Part shown: positions 29,793 to 38,835 of the stretch, one piece after another
Numbering within the stretch: position 1 is the first letter of the stretch
Layout of the letters: each line of letters begins with the position of its first letter
Origin: a virus
Taxonomy: Duplodnaviria; Caudoviricetes
Virus record (IMG/VR): IMGVR_UViG_3300029305_003800
Span: 1-64,000 of that record
DNA length: 64,000 nucleotides
Reading direction: 5' to 3' (one strand)
The notes under the pieces: model-generated
Databases searched by the model: none
What the model was told of the DNA's origin: nothing
Seen by the model: the letters and a program-made list of their open reading frames with translations, nothing else
Program-made: the position numbers and the translations under genes

Positions 29793-31170
29793 TGGCAGTA
29801 ACAAACTTTTTAGGGAGTGGTGGAGTAAATCTCTCTGCCACTCAAGCATTAGTTGATAGATTAGAAGAGGCAGTCGGAGTTTATCCATTACTAAATTATA
29901 GTGTTGTAAATACTCTATCTAATTGCTCAACGGATAATGATGCATCTACTGTTCAAGAAAACAGTTCTTATACTGCAAATATAACTGCAGGATCTGGATG
30001 GACATTAGAAGGAGCAAGTGTTTTAATAACTATGGGAGGAGTAGATATAACTTCTACAGCATATTCTAGTGGAACAATATCTATAGCAAGTGTAACAGGA
30101 GATCTGGCAATTACAGTAAGTGCAGTAGCAAGTGGAAGTCCTATTTATGGAGTAAGTTGGACAAATGACACTACAACTACAATGACTAGAACAGATGATT
30201 CAATAGGAAAAACTTTTGCAATAAATAGTTCTACTGGTGCTATATCAAGTGATTTTAATAGTGTATTCCCATGGAATGAAACAGAAATTGTTACAGATAA
30301 TTCTGGAAATAAATTATTACACTTCCCTGATATGTATTTCAGAATTGGTAAAGACGCAAATGGAGACATCAATTCAGTTGCTGTGAGTAAGACACAAGGC
30401 AGTGAAGGTAATTGGTATAAATGTGATGCATTTGACTATGGTATATATGGTGGTTCATTAAATGGAACAAAATTAGAAAGTAAAACAGGACAAACAAGAT
30501 TAGGTTCTGCAACTCGTGCTCAATTTAGAACATACGCAGGAAATAACAGTGAAACTGGTTATACCTATCATCAATTAGACTTAAAACACAAAATTGTCAC
30601 AATGTTCTTATGGTGGATAGAATGGGCAACAAAAGACAGTTCTACAATTATGACAGGACACATCTCAGGAAGTCCATCATCAAGTGGAGTTAAGTAGCAA
30701 CTGGTGGAACAGATTCAGTTACAACTCCATCTGGATATAATACTTCTACTTGGCAGATGAGATACCATTATATTGAAGATTTTATAGGAAATCAGTTAGA
30801 GTTTATAGATGGCATTTATGCAGGAACAACAAGTGTAGCAGACTATGTAACAGATAATCCTGCTTACTTCAGTGACTCAACTACAAATATGACTCAATTA
30901 TCTTGGGTAGATCCTGCATCTAACTGCATTAAGGCATTTGGTATGGATGATAATAAACCATTCTTAGTTATGCCTACTAAGACTACAGGTGCAACAGATT
31001 ACACTCAAGCATTCTGTGATAGAATTTATAATACTACTTCAAATTATCCCGTTGTCTACTCTGGTGCTTCCTACGGCTATGCCAATGCTAGCTTTGGTCT
31101 GTCTGCCTTCAATCGTAGCGCTGTGTTTTCCTCCTCTGGCATCCTTGGTGGTCGCCTTTTAAGACAGTAG
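29792..31170 (+). pseudogene. DGR1 target (Ig-like + CLec/FGE-like receptor-binding protein), split by a 1-nt frameshift at about 30694
   Basis: ORF 29792-30697 stops at TAG. The -1 frame (GTA at 30694: VATGGTDSVTTPSG..MRYHYIEDFIGNQLEFIDG) continues to the VR and stop at 31170. Confidence 0.75.
31049..31155 (+). repeat. DGR1 variable repeat (VR1)
   Basis: 107-bp ungapped match to 31260-31366; 19 mismatches, 17 opposite TR adenines. Confidence 0.95.
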
Positions 31171-31176
31171 GAGGTG

Positions 31177-31195
31177 ACGGAGGATGTGCCTCCGT
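31177..31195 (+). other. DGR1 target-recognition hairpin
   Basis: acggagg-atgtg-cctccgt, GC-rich stem just downstream of VR1. Confidence 0.75.
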
Positions 31196-31259
31196 GGAAT
31201 TATAACAAATAATTCTGAAAAGCACATAAATTAAATATAGGGTTCTGATTCCTTGATCA

Positions 31260-31366
31260 CCGTTGTCTACTCTGGTGCTAACTACAACAATGCCAATGCT
31301 AACAATGGTCTGTCTTACTTCAATCGTAACAATGTGTCTAACTCCTATGACATCATTGGTGGTCGC
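31260..31366 (+). repeat. DGR1 template repeat (TR1)
   Basis: AAC/AAT-rich copy of VR1, upstream of RT1; 27 adenines. Confidence 0.95.
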
Positions 31367-31533
31367 AATTTTATAAAATTATTATCTATTTTAGGAATCA
31401 GTTATCCTTACCACTTGGTAGAAAATATCATCTTGGCATTTAATAGTTTAGTAGGTATTTACTCGGAAGACTACGCTAAGAATAAAAAGATAATAGCACT
31501 TAAATGTGAACAAATATAAAAGGAGAATTAGTT

Positions 31534-32583
31534 TTGAAGAGAGTTGGGAATCTTTATGAAAAGATTTATGAAATGAGCAACTTAGAAAGAGCATTAAAGA
31601 ATGCTGCAAGAAACAAGAAGAATAGATCTGGAGTCAAAAAGATTCTCAACAATCCAAAACAATTCTTACTAATTCTTCAAGACATGTTAATAAATGAAAC
31701 ATATAATTTACATCCAGCATATGAAAAGAAGATAAGAGAATACACAAAAGAAAGACAAATAAAAATTCCAAAATTCTTCCCTGATCAAATTATTCATTGG
31801 GCAATAAGTTTAGTTGTTGAAAAGTATATAAACAAGGGTATGTATAAATATTGTTGTGGCAGTGTGAAGGGAAGAGGAATTCATTACTGTAAAAGTTATA
31901 TAGATTCATTTTATCGCAAGAAAGGAAGAAGAAAATATCTATTAAAGATAGATATCAGAAAGTTTTATCAACATGTAGATCATGAAAAATTAAAAGAAAA
32001 ATTCAGAAGAAAATTCAAAGATAAGAAATTATTAAGACTACTTGATTCAATAATTGATAATGGAGGAGAAGGAATTCCTATTGGATTTTATACTAGTCAG
32101 TGGTTCTCAAACTTTTACTTAGAACAATTAGATCATTTTATTAAAGAAATTCTTCATGTGAAGTATTATGCAAGATATGTAGATGATATGGTTCTTATAG
32201 ATTATAACAAAAGAAAACTACATAGAGCAAGATTACAAATAGAAGAAATGTTAAATATTCTTAATTGTTCTATGGAGCATAAGTGGCAGTTATGGAGAAT
32301 GCATAGTAGACCATTAGATTTTGTTGGGTATAAGTTTTATCCTAATAAAACATTATTACGAAAGAAAATATTCATAAAATTAAATAGAATTGCAAGAAGA
32401 ATGAAAGATAAATTGTGTTTAAAGAGATGTAGAATATTCTTATCTCTATATGGTTGGTTCTCACACTTAAAGTCTTGTGTTCATTATTACAATTCATACA
32501 TAATAAAATATGTCTCTATAAGACAAATGAAAAGATTAATATCTAAAAGTCAGTTATTATTAAATAGGAGTATAAGAGTATGA
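31534..32583 (+). CDS. DGR reverse transcriptase 1
   Basis: TTG start with AAAGGAG; KER.I, D.I.H, GRG.H, LKIDIRKFY, GIPIGFYTSQWFSN, YARYVDD, DFVGY. Confidence 0.95.
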   Translation: MKRVGNLYEKIYEMSNLERALKNAARNKKNRSGVKKILNNPKQFLLILQDMLINETYNLHPAYEKKIREYTKERQIKIPKFFPDQIIHWAISLVVEKYINKGMYKYCCGSVKGRGIHYCKSYIDSFYRKKGRRKYLLKIDIRKFYQHVDHEKLKEKFRRKFKDKKLLRLLDSIIDNGGEGIPIGFYTSQWFSNFYLEQLDHFIKEILHVKYYARYVDDMVLIDYNKRKLHRARLQIEEMLNILNCSMEHKWQLWRMHSRPLDFVGYKFYPNKTLLRKKIFIKLNRIARRMKDKLCLKRCRIFLSLYGWFSHLKSCVHYYNSYIIKYVSIRQMKRLISKSQLLLNRSIRV

Positions 32584-32840
32584 TTTATAAAGACAAAACA
32601 AATCCAGATATTGAAAGAATGAAACAACAGTTAAATCTTACAGGAGATGTCTATATTTACAACGAACATTTCATTGAAAGTTTAGAGAGTCATAAGAATT
32701 TGATTCATGATTCTATTGCGTTGACTATTGAACAAGCATATGAAGAAAGAGTTCAATGGGAACAAGAACAAGCAGAGAAACGAAGAATTGAAATGGAAAA
32801 ATATAGGGCAGAACATCCTGAAGAGTTTGAGGAGGAATAA
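32580..32840 (+). CDS. Hypothetical protein coupled to the RT1 stop
   Basis: ATGA overlap; AGGAG RBS. Confidence 0.6.
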   Translation: MIYKDKTNPDIERMKQQLNLTGDVYIYNEHFIESLESHKNLIHDSIALTIEQAYEERVQWEQEQAEKRRIEMEKYRAEHPEEFEEE

Positions 32841-32843
32841 TCT

Positions 32844-33371
32844 ATGTCAAAGATAAACGACTTAAATACAGAATTAGAAGAATATGTAGAAGATGCAGAG
32901 GCAATAAAGACTAAAATACAAACTGTAGCAACTGCAAAAGACATTTCAATTACAAGAGGGACAGATACACCATCTTATGTGTTGGATAAAATAAATGCAG
33001 GGACAGTAAAAACTCCATCTGGAACAAAAAATATAGATTCAAATGGAATTACAGATGTATCTTTATTTCAATATGCAGATGTAAATGTTTCTCCTAATGT
33101 AAGTGAGAAGACAATAACTAATAACGGAACATATTTGGCAAGTGATGAAAATGTAGATGGATTTAGTAAAGTTGTTGTAGATGTTCAAGGTGGTGGAGCA
33201 GAACCTGTGCAAAGATATTTAGTTGTTCAAAACGCAGATGGAAGTATAGATATAACTACAACATCTTCAATGAATCCTGCAACTTATTATCAAGCAGAAG
33301 GATCTGCATTACAAACTGAATCACAAGCAATAAAATTAGATCAATATTTTACAATACCTAGGGTGTCATAA
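32844..33371 (+). CDS. Tail fibre-associated structural protein
   Basis: PSGT..I.SNG..DV..Y..ADVNV and KTITNNGTY..DGFSKV.VDV fibre repeats. Confidence 0.6.
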   Translation: MSKINDLNTELEEYVEDAEAIKTKIQTVATAKDISITRGTDTPSYVLDKINAGTVKTPSGTKNIDSNGITDVSLFQYADVNVSPNVSEKTITNNGTYLASDENVDGFSKVVVDVQGGGAEPVQRYLVVQNADGSIDITTTSSMNPATYYQAEGSALQTESQAIKLDQYFTIPRVS

Positions 33372-33387
33372 AAGGAGGAATTAAAAT

Positions 33388-34809
33388 ATGGCAATAGATA
33401 CAAGTAAGACAGTTACAGCAATAAGAATTGATGGTGTAAATTTACCATTAGCAACAGCAGGAGTTACAGTAACAAGTTCAACAAATACTGGATATGTGAT
33501 AGTTGTAGCAGACATAGGTGGCACAACAATAACTACAAGAGATTCTAATTCAACAGTTATAGATACATATACGACTCCAACAGGAGGAGGTTCAAAGACA
33601 ATCTCTGTTAGTGCTACAGGAACATATACCGTCACAGCAGAAAGAGGTGGTTCTACAGTGTGGAATACAACAGTTACAATCACAGGAATAGGAGCAGTTT
33701 GTGCAAAAGTTCCATTAACAGATTATACTGCAGCAGAAATACATGAAGCATGTCAAGCAGGAATATTCAGTATTATGTTTGATATTAAAAATGAGTGGAA
33801 ATTTGTTCAAACAGGAAGTATATTTAATAATGCTATATTCTTAGTTGAGAAAATAGAAACAATAAATGGCAAAAATATAGTTCAATTTAGAAAGAAATTC
33901 CCTTATTCTTCAACTTACATGTGGGATCCTTATTTCACTTATCTATCAAGTGCTACAGCATCTTCATTTAGTTCGACATATTCATCTGCTGGTGGTTATA
34001 AGTATTCAGATTTAAGACAAAAATTTATGAAACAAGGTGATGCTGTTTATATTCAAGCAACAGGTATTAAACCAACAGGAAGTTCTATTTCAACAGGAAT
34101 TGAATTTGATAAAATATACTATACAGATGGAAATGGAACTACAAGTGGTGTATATACCTATAATCCATCTTCAGATACATTCACACAAGATACAGAAATG
34201 ACATATTTTGCAAGTCAAAGTGCTGCACAATCTGGAGTAAAATTCTTAAAAGGATACTTCAAATCAGTAGGATCAGGAATAGGACAAGCAACTTTTGATG
34301 CAGGATATTATTATACTAGATCTACAGTATCACAAGGATATGTGTATACAAGAGCAACAACCTACAATGCTTCTACAACTTATTATGGATTTTATGAGAC
34401 ACTTCAAGAAGATGGTATATTCTATGGAGCATTTAGTTCAATTCAAACATATATGGTCAAATTTAGTGATTATTCAAGCACAGGATTGAATCAAACAACT
34501 TATTTATCATTGACTGAAGATTATACTGATATTAACTGCGTAGAAGAATTTACTGGATTAAATAGAACATCTGTATTAAAGAGTGGAACGGGTGCAACCA
34601 CAATGAATTATTATAACATCGCAGGTGAGGGTGGCAAATATCCTGCTTATGAAAGTATATATGATATCTTCATGGGTCAAGATGAATGGACTCGTTCAGT
34701 TTACTCCACTAGCACTACCAGTGCTTGCTATCTTTACTATATTGGTTCTGTCATTACCAGTGTTGTCAACAGTAGTTATCGTGTTCGTCCAGGCTTTAGA
34801 ATTGCCTAA
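33388..34809 (+). CDS. DGR2 target receptor-binding protein (CLec-fold C-terminus)
   Basis: C-terminal WTRS....A.Y.....G.....VRPGFRI encodes VR2. Confidence 0.9.
   Translation: MAIDTSKTVTAIRIDGVNLPLATAGVTVTSSTNTGYVIVVADIGGTTITTRDSNSTVIDTYTTPTGGGSKTISVSATGTYTVTAERGGSTVWNTTVTITGIGAVCAKVPLTDYTAAEIHEACQAGIFSIMFDIKNEWKFVQTGSIFNNAIFLVEKIETINGKNIVQFRKKFPYSSTYMWDPYFTYLSSATASSFSSTYSSAGGYKYSDLRQKFMKQGDAVYIQATGIKPTGSSISTGIEFDKIYYTDGNGTTSGVYTYNPSSDTFTQDTEMTYFASQSAAQSGVKFLKGYFKSVGSGIGQATFDAGYYYTRSTVSQGYVYTRATTYNASTTYYGFYETLQEDGIFYGAFSSIQTYMVKFSDYSSTGLNQTTYLSLTEDYTDINCVEEFTGLNRTSVLKSGTGATTMNYYNIAGEGGKYPAYESIYDIFMGQDEWTRSVYSTSTTSACYLYYIGSVITSVVNSSYRVRPGFRIA
34692..34797 (+). repeat. DGR2 variable repeat (VR2)
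   Basis: 106-bp ungapped match to 35509-35614; 17 mismatches, all opposite TR adenines. Confidence 0.97.
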
Positions 34810-34813
34810 AACC

Positions 34814-34853
34814 TTATTCCTATTGCACTTACGAAAGTATAGTGCAGGAATAA
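34814..34853 (+). other. DGR2 target-recognition hairpin
   Basis: ttattcc..tgcact-tac-GAAA-gta-t-agtgca-ggaataa downstream of VR2. Confidence 0.75.
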
Positions 34854-34923
34854 AAATCTTATGAATTTGAGAAACTTTTATAAGAATTCCTGTATAATAA
34901 GATATAGGAGGACGAAAGGGAGG

Positions 34924-35472
34924 ATGTCAAATGTAATAAAAGCAAAGAGAACATTGAGTTCAGCACAATTCTTACAAACATCAAGAGAATTAGTAAAGGT
35001 ATCCATAACGAGATATAACAAGTGTTCCAAAAGAATGAAAGATTATATGCTGCAAACATTTATAATTCCTGTTACAAAACTTTACATGGATGTATTTTAT
35101 GTGAAGAAATTATATTCTAAGTTTGATGTAAATTGTATCTTAAGAGTGAAACTATGTGAAAAGATCTTAGCAAGACTTGAATATTTGTCTAGTATGCTAG
35201 ATCTATACAAAGTATTTGATCAAGCATCTCTTGAAATAACAGATAAACAATGGGATGAATGGCAAAATCTTATAAATGAAGATATGATGTATATATCAGG
35301 ACTAAAGAAGAAAGAATTAACTAATTTTAGAGAAAAACATTTTAATCCTCTGGATTTTAGTGATGAAAATGCTGCAGCAAAACTTCAAAAACTTGAAAAA
35401 CAGTTAGGAATATCTATGTTTGAAGAAGATTTAATTGCGGAATTAAATTTAGCAAATGATGAAATAATGTAG
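34924..35472 (+). CDS. avd: DGR accessory variability determinant (Avd-like)
   Basis: MSNVIKAKRTLSSAQF N-terminus; basic helical protein between target and TR; GGAGG upstream of ATG 34924. Confidence 0.75.
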   Translation: MSNVIKAKRTLSSAQFLQTSRELVKVSITRYNKCSKRMKDYMLQTFIIPVTKLYMDVFYVKKLYSKFDVNCILRVKLCEKILARLEYLSSMLDLYKVFDQASLEITDKQWDEWQNLINEDMMYISGLKKKELTNFREKHFNPLDFSDENAAAKLQKLEKQLGISMFEEDLIAELNLANDEIM

Positions 35473-35508
35473 ATTTATATAAAAGTCGTTCATGGGTGTG
35501 AACTATTG

Positions 35509-35614
35509 TCGTTCAGTTAACTCCAATAACACTAACAATGCTTGCTATCTTAACAATAATGGTAATGTCAATAACAATAATGTCAACAATAGTTATCGTG
35601 TTCGTCCAGGATTT
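35509..35614 (+). repeat. DGR2 template repeat (TR2)
   Basis: 15 AAy codons, 37 adenines; between avd and RT2. Confidence 0.97.
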
Positions 35615-35766
35615 GAAGACACTATGCATTAAGAAGTAGTATGAAATAGGACAAAAACAGTGCGTCTTCAAAGGAGTTCACTCCCGTCTGCTTAGCAGAG
35701 AAACAGATATAGATGCAGTAGGGCAATAGACTACCAGACTGCTGTAAACTATTGGAGATTTATACT

Positions 35767-36822
35767 ATGACTTGTAATACTCTTGAAGAATTATTCTCAT
35801 TTACACATGTTTATAATAGTGCAAAGAGATGCACACATCAAGTTAGATGGAAAACAAGCACACAAAACTTCGAGGCATTGATGATGTCTAATGTGTGTCA
35901 ACTAAGAAGAGATGTTATAAGTGAAACATATAAAAGTAGTGGATTTCATAGATTTGTAATCAGAGAAAGAGGAAAAGTCCGCAAAATAATGTCAGTTCAT
36001 ATTACAGAAAGGACAGTTCAAAAGACTCTATGTGATTACTACTTAATTCCTAAAATAACTCCAAAATTGATTTACGATAATGGAGCATGTCTTAAAAGAA
36101 AGGGAACTAGTTTTGCTATTAAAAGATTAAGAAAGCATTTGCACAAGTATTATCTTGAAAATGGCAGTGATGGTTATATATTACAATTTGATATAAAAGA
36201 TTTCTTCAATTCTATAAATCATAAATTATTGATAGATAAGATGAGAAAGATAATAGAAGATGATAAAATCTTCAAATTATATAGTTATTTTGTAAATTGT
36301 TTTGATGGAGATACTGGAATAGGATTAGGGAGTCAAATATCACAAGTAAGTGCCTCATTTTATCTAAATGAATTAGATCATTTAATAAAAGATAAATTAG
36401 GATTTAAGTATTATGGAAGATATATGGATGACGGTTATATTATTTGCAATTCAAAAGAACAATTAAAGGAATGCCTAAGAGAAATAAAAGAATTATTTGA
36501 AAAACTAAAACTAACATTAAATCCAAAGAAAACACTAATTATAAGTCTTAAACATGGATTTACTTACATGAAAAGAAGATTTAATCTAAAAGAAGATGGA
36601 TATATTTCTATGAAACCATATAAGAAAAACATTTTAAGATATAAAAGAAAATATAAGAAATTGATGTTAAAGAATGTAGAAGATAAAGTTCTCGCAGATT
36701 TAAGACAGACATTCAAAGGATATCTCAAAGAATTTAATTATGTTGATAGATATACAAGGAGGATAGAAAAAGATGTATCAATTAAGGAGAGACATAGAGA
36801 ATTTAGCAGACAGAACTGTTAA
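35767..36822 (+). CDS. DGR reverse transcriptase 2
   Basis: ERGKVR.I, ERTVQK, NGACL.RKG, LQFDIKDFF, GIGLGSQISQ, YGRYMDD, LNPKKT. Start 35767 (or TTG 35752). Confidence 0.95.
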   Translation: MTCNTLEELFSFTHVYNSAKRCTHQVRWKTSTQNFEALMMSNVCQLRRDVISETYKSSGFHRFVIRERGKVRKIMSVHITERTVQKTLCDYYLIPKITPKLIYDNGACLKRKGTSFAIKRLRKHLHKYYLENGSDGYILQFDIKDFFNSINHKLLIDKMRKIIEDDKIFKLYSYFVNCFDGDTGIGLGSQISQVSASFYLNELDHLIKDKLGFKYYGRYMDDGYIICNSKEQLKECLREIKELFEKLKLTLNPKKTLIISLKHGFTYMKRRFNLKEDGYISMKPYKKNILRYKRKYKKLMLKNVEDKVLADLRQTFKGYLKEFNYVDRYTRRIEKDVSIKERHREFSRQNC

Positions 36823-36997
36823 TGAAAACATTTTTGTAAAAGACAGAACAGTTTATATTGAAGACAAGTTCAAATATCATGATGATAATTGGTATGAAAA
36901 TGCAGATGGAAACTGGATAAACTTACAAGGTGGAATACCAGATTACAGAGTAGAAACAAATTTAGATCCAGATATATTTGTGGAAGAAAATAAATAA
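36773..36997 (+). CDS. Hypothetical protein overlapping the RT2 3' end
   Basis: AAGGAGG RBS before ATG 36773. Confidence 0.55.
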   Translation: MYQLRRDIENLADRTVNENIFVKDRTVYIEDKFKYHDDNWYENADGNWINLQGGIPDYRVETNLDPDIFVEENK

Positions 36998-37031
36998 TCA
37001 CAAATTGAGTTATATTAATTAGGAGGACAAA

Positions 37032-37766
37032 ATGGAGGATAAATTAAAAGATATTAAAATAAATTCTTCTAATGTAACAATTCAAAATAAGCAGACTACA
37101 ACAGGACCTATTGCAGTGAAAGAAGATGATAAAAATGTCAATAATGCAGTTAATGACATCATTATTCAAAATGCTAGACAATCAACAGATGTTAAAAATG
37201 TTATTGATCTTGCTGCAACAAGTAAGGCATTACAAAATGAAAAGACTGTAGATAAAATTGTTAAAGAGAAGACAGACGAACTTATTACAGATGCAGAAAA
37301 GAAAAAGATTGAAGCAGAAACTGAGAAAATTCGTCAAGAGGCAGAAAAAGTAAAGCAGGAGAAAGAAAAAGAGATTGCTGCTCTGGAAAAGATTAAAAGT
37401 AAACTTGAAGGAGAAGTAGCAAATCTTAAGGCAGAAGATGACAAAGCAAATGCATTCTTTGAAGCAAATAAATCTATTCTTAAATGTGTAGGTGTAAGAG
37501 AAAAACTATCTCTAAAAGCGATGCAATGGCTAATGGTTCCTGCAGGAATAGTGTTTACAATATTCCAAATCTTACTATTACCATTTTCTTTGATAGGATT
37601 TGCAATTGAATCATTAATGACAATAGTTACAGCAGTCTGTGGTAAAATCGCAAAAGGTGGATGGAAGATTGCTATGTCTATTCTAGTTACAGTTGTAATA
37701 GTTGCAATGCTAGCAGGAATATACTATCTTGTTGTCCATTATTCTGGAGTAATATTTAATAATTAG
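37032..37766 (+). CDS. Coiled-coil membrane protein (possible lysis function)
   Basis: Coiled coil plus 2-3 C-terminal TM segments. Confidence 0.6.
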   Translation: MEDKLKDIKINSSNVTIQNKQTTTGPIAVKEDDKNVNNAVNDIIIQNARQSTDVKNVIDLAATSKALQNEKTVDKIVKEKTDELITDAEKKKIEAETEKIRQEAEKVKQEKEKEIAALEKIKSKLEGEVANLKAEDDKANAFFEANKSILKCVGVREKLSLKAMQWLMVPAGIVFTIFQILLLPFSLIGFAIESLMTIVTAVCGKIAKGGWKIAMSILVTVVIVAMLAGIYYLVVHYSGVIFNN

Positions 37767-37776
37767 GAGATAAGTT

Positions 37777-38193
37777 ATGGAAATTAAAGAGAAAATAGAA
37801 TACTACTTAAATCAAAATAAATTAGTAGAAGAAACTAAAACAAAATTGATTGATGCACATATTGAACAAATCAATAAAGTTATTGAAGATAAAATTCTTG
37901 CATTGCGAAATGAATTAAGAGAAAGTGCTATAAATGAAGTGTGTGGCGAAGAATATAATGTTCTTAATAAAGAAATTGAAAAGAACAATAGACATATAGC
38001 AATTCTTACTGAAATAGAAGAGGAAACTGATTTTATTGATGTCTTAAAAGAAATTATTCCTGTTACCACTGAGAATGGCTCTGAAATGGCTGAAGATAAA
38101 TTGCCAGAGGATTTACCAAAAGATAATACAATCACAGAAGAAACAGTTACAGAAAACACTAATAAAGATAATTTAGATGGAATGTTAAATTAA
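37777..38193 (+). CDS. Hypothetical coiled-coil protein
   Basis: ORF with AGGAG RBS. Confidence 0.6.
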   Translation: MEIKEKIEYYLNQNKLVEETKTKLIDAHIEQINKVIEDKILALRNELRESAINEVCGEEYNVLNKEIEKNNRHIAILTEIEEETDFIDVLKEIIPVTTENGSEMAEDKLPEDLPKDNTITEETVTENTNKDNLDGMLN

Positions 38194-38207
38194 GGAGAAT
38201 ATAGATT

Positions 38208-38819
38208 ATGGAGTTTACAGAATTATTTAGAAACTTTGGAAGTCTATTTGAGACATTTCAATGGTGGTCATTATTATTGATTGTAGGAGTTGTTATTGTG
38301 ATGGTTCCTATAAACATTTTACTAAAGAAAATAATGAAAGATGAAAAGATTGCAAGATTAAGAAAAATTACAGCATTTATATCTGTGTATCTTGTATCAA
38401 TAGCAGTTGTCGCTTTATTTACAGCAATAGCAACTAGCACAGCAATTACAGCAACTTACTTATTTGGTGCAGCACTTGCTTTAGGATTTTGTTCACAGTT
38501 TGTATGGGAAATTGTTAAAATCATTAGAGACTACGGATTTAAGAAATTTATTGTTTGGTTAAGTAGAAAAATTAATGAAGAAAAACTCATTAAAAAAATT
38601 GCAACAAAATACAGTATAGACGAAAAACTTGTCAAAGGACTAGTTGCTGAAGCAAAGAATCAAATAAAAGATATTGATACATCTGAAATAGATAGAGTAT
38701 TCAAAGAAGATACAGAGTTTATGACAAGTATAAAACAAAGACTTGAAAGTGTTGTATACGCAGAAAACTTAAATGAAGCATTAAATGAAGTAATAACTAT
38801 TGTTAAAGAATATAAATAA
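38208..38819 (+). CDS. Holin-like membrane protein (3 TM)
   Basis: Three hydrophobic helices and a charged C-terminus; last gene of the late block. Confidence 0.5.
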   Translation: MEFTELFRNFGSLFETFQWWSLLLIVGVVIVMVPINILLKKIMKDEKIARLRKITAFISVYLVSIAVVALFTAIATSTAITATYLFGAALALGFCSQFVWEIVKIIRDYGFKKFIVWLSRKINEEKLIKKIATKYSIDEKLVKGLVAEAKNQIKDIDTSEIDRVFKEDTEFMTSIKQRLESVVYAENLNEALNEVITIVKEYK

Positions 38820-38835
38820 AAAACAATAATTATAT

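Noticed and set aside
30695-30697. TAG reassignment (alternative genetic code)
   Set aside because: The continuation is in a different frame, and many genes end in TAG or TGA with tight packing under code 11.
31253-31519. 88-aa Asn-rich ORF
   Set aside because: It is the read-through of TR1 (AAC/AAT codons) with no RBS; it most likely functions as RNA.
31534-36822. RTs as group II intron, retron or Abi RTs
   Set aside because: Both are about 350 aa with no maturase/endonuclease domain and have adjacent TR/VR pairs with adenine-specific mismatches.
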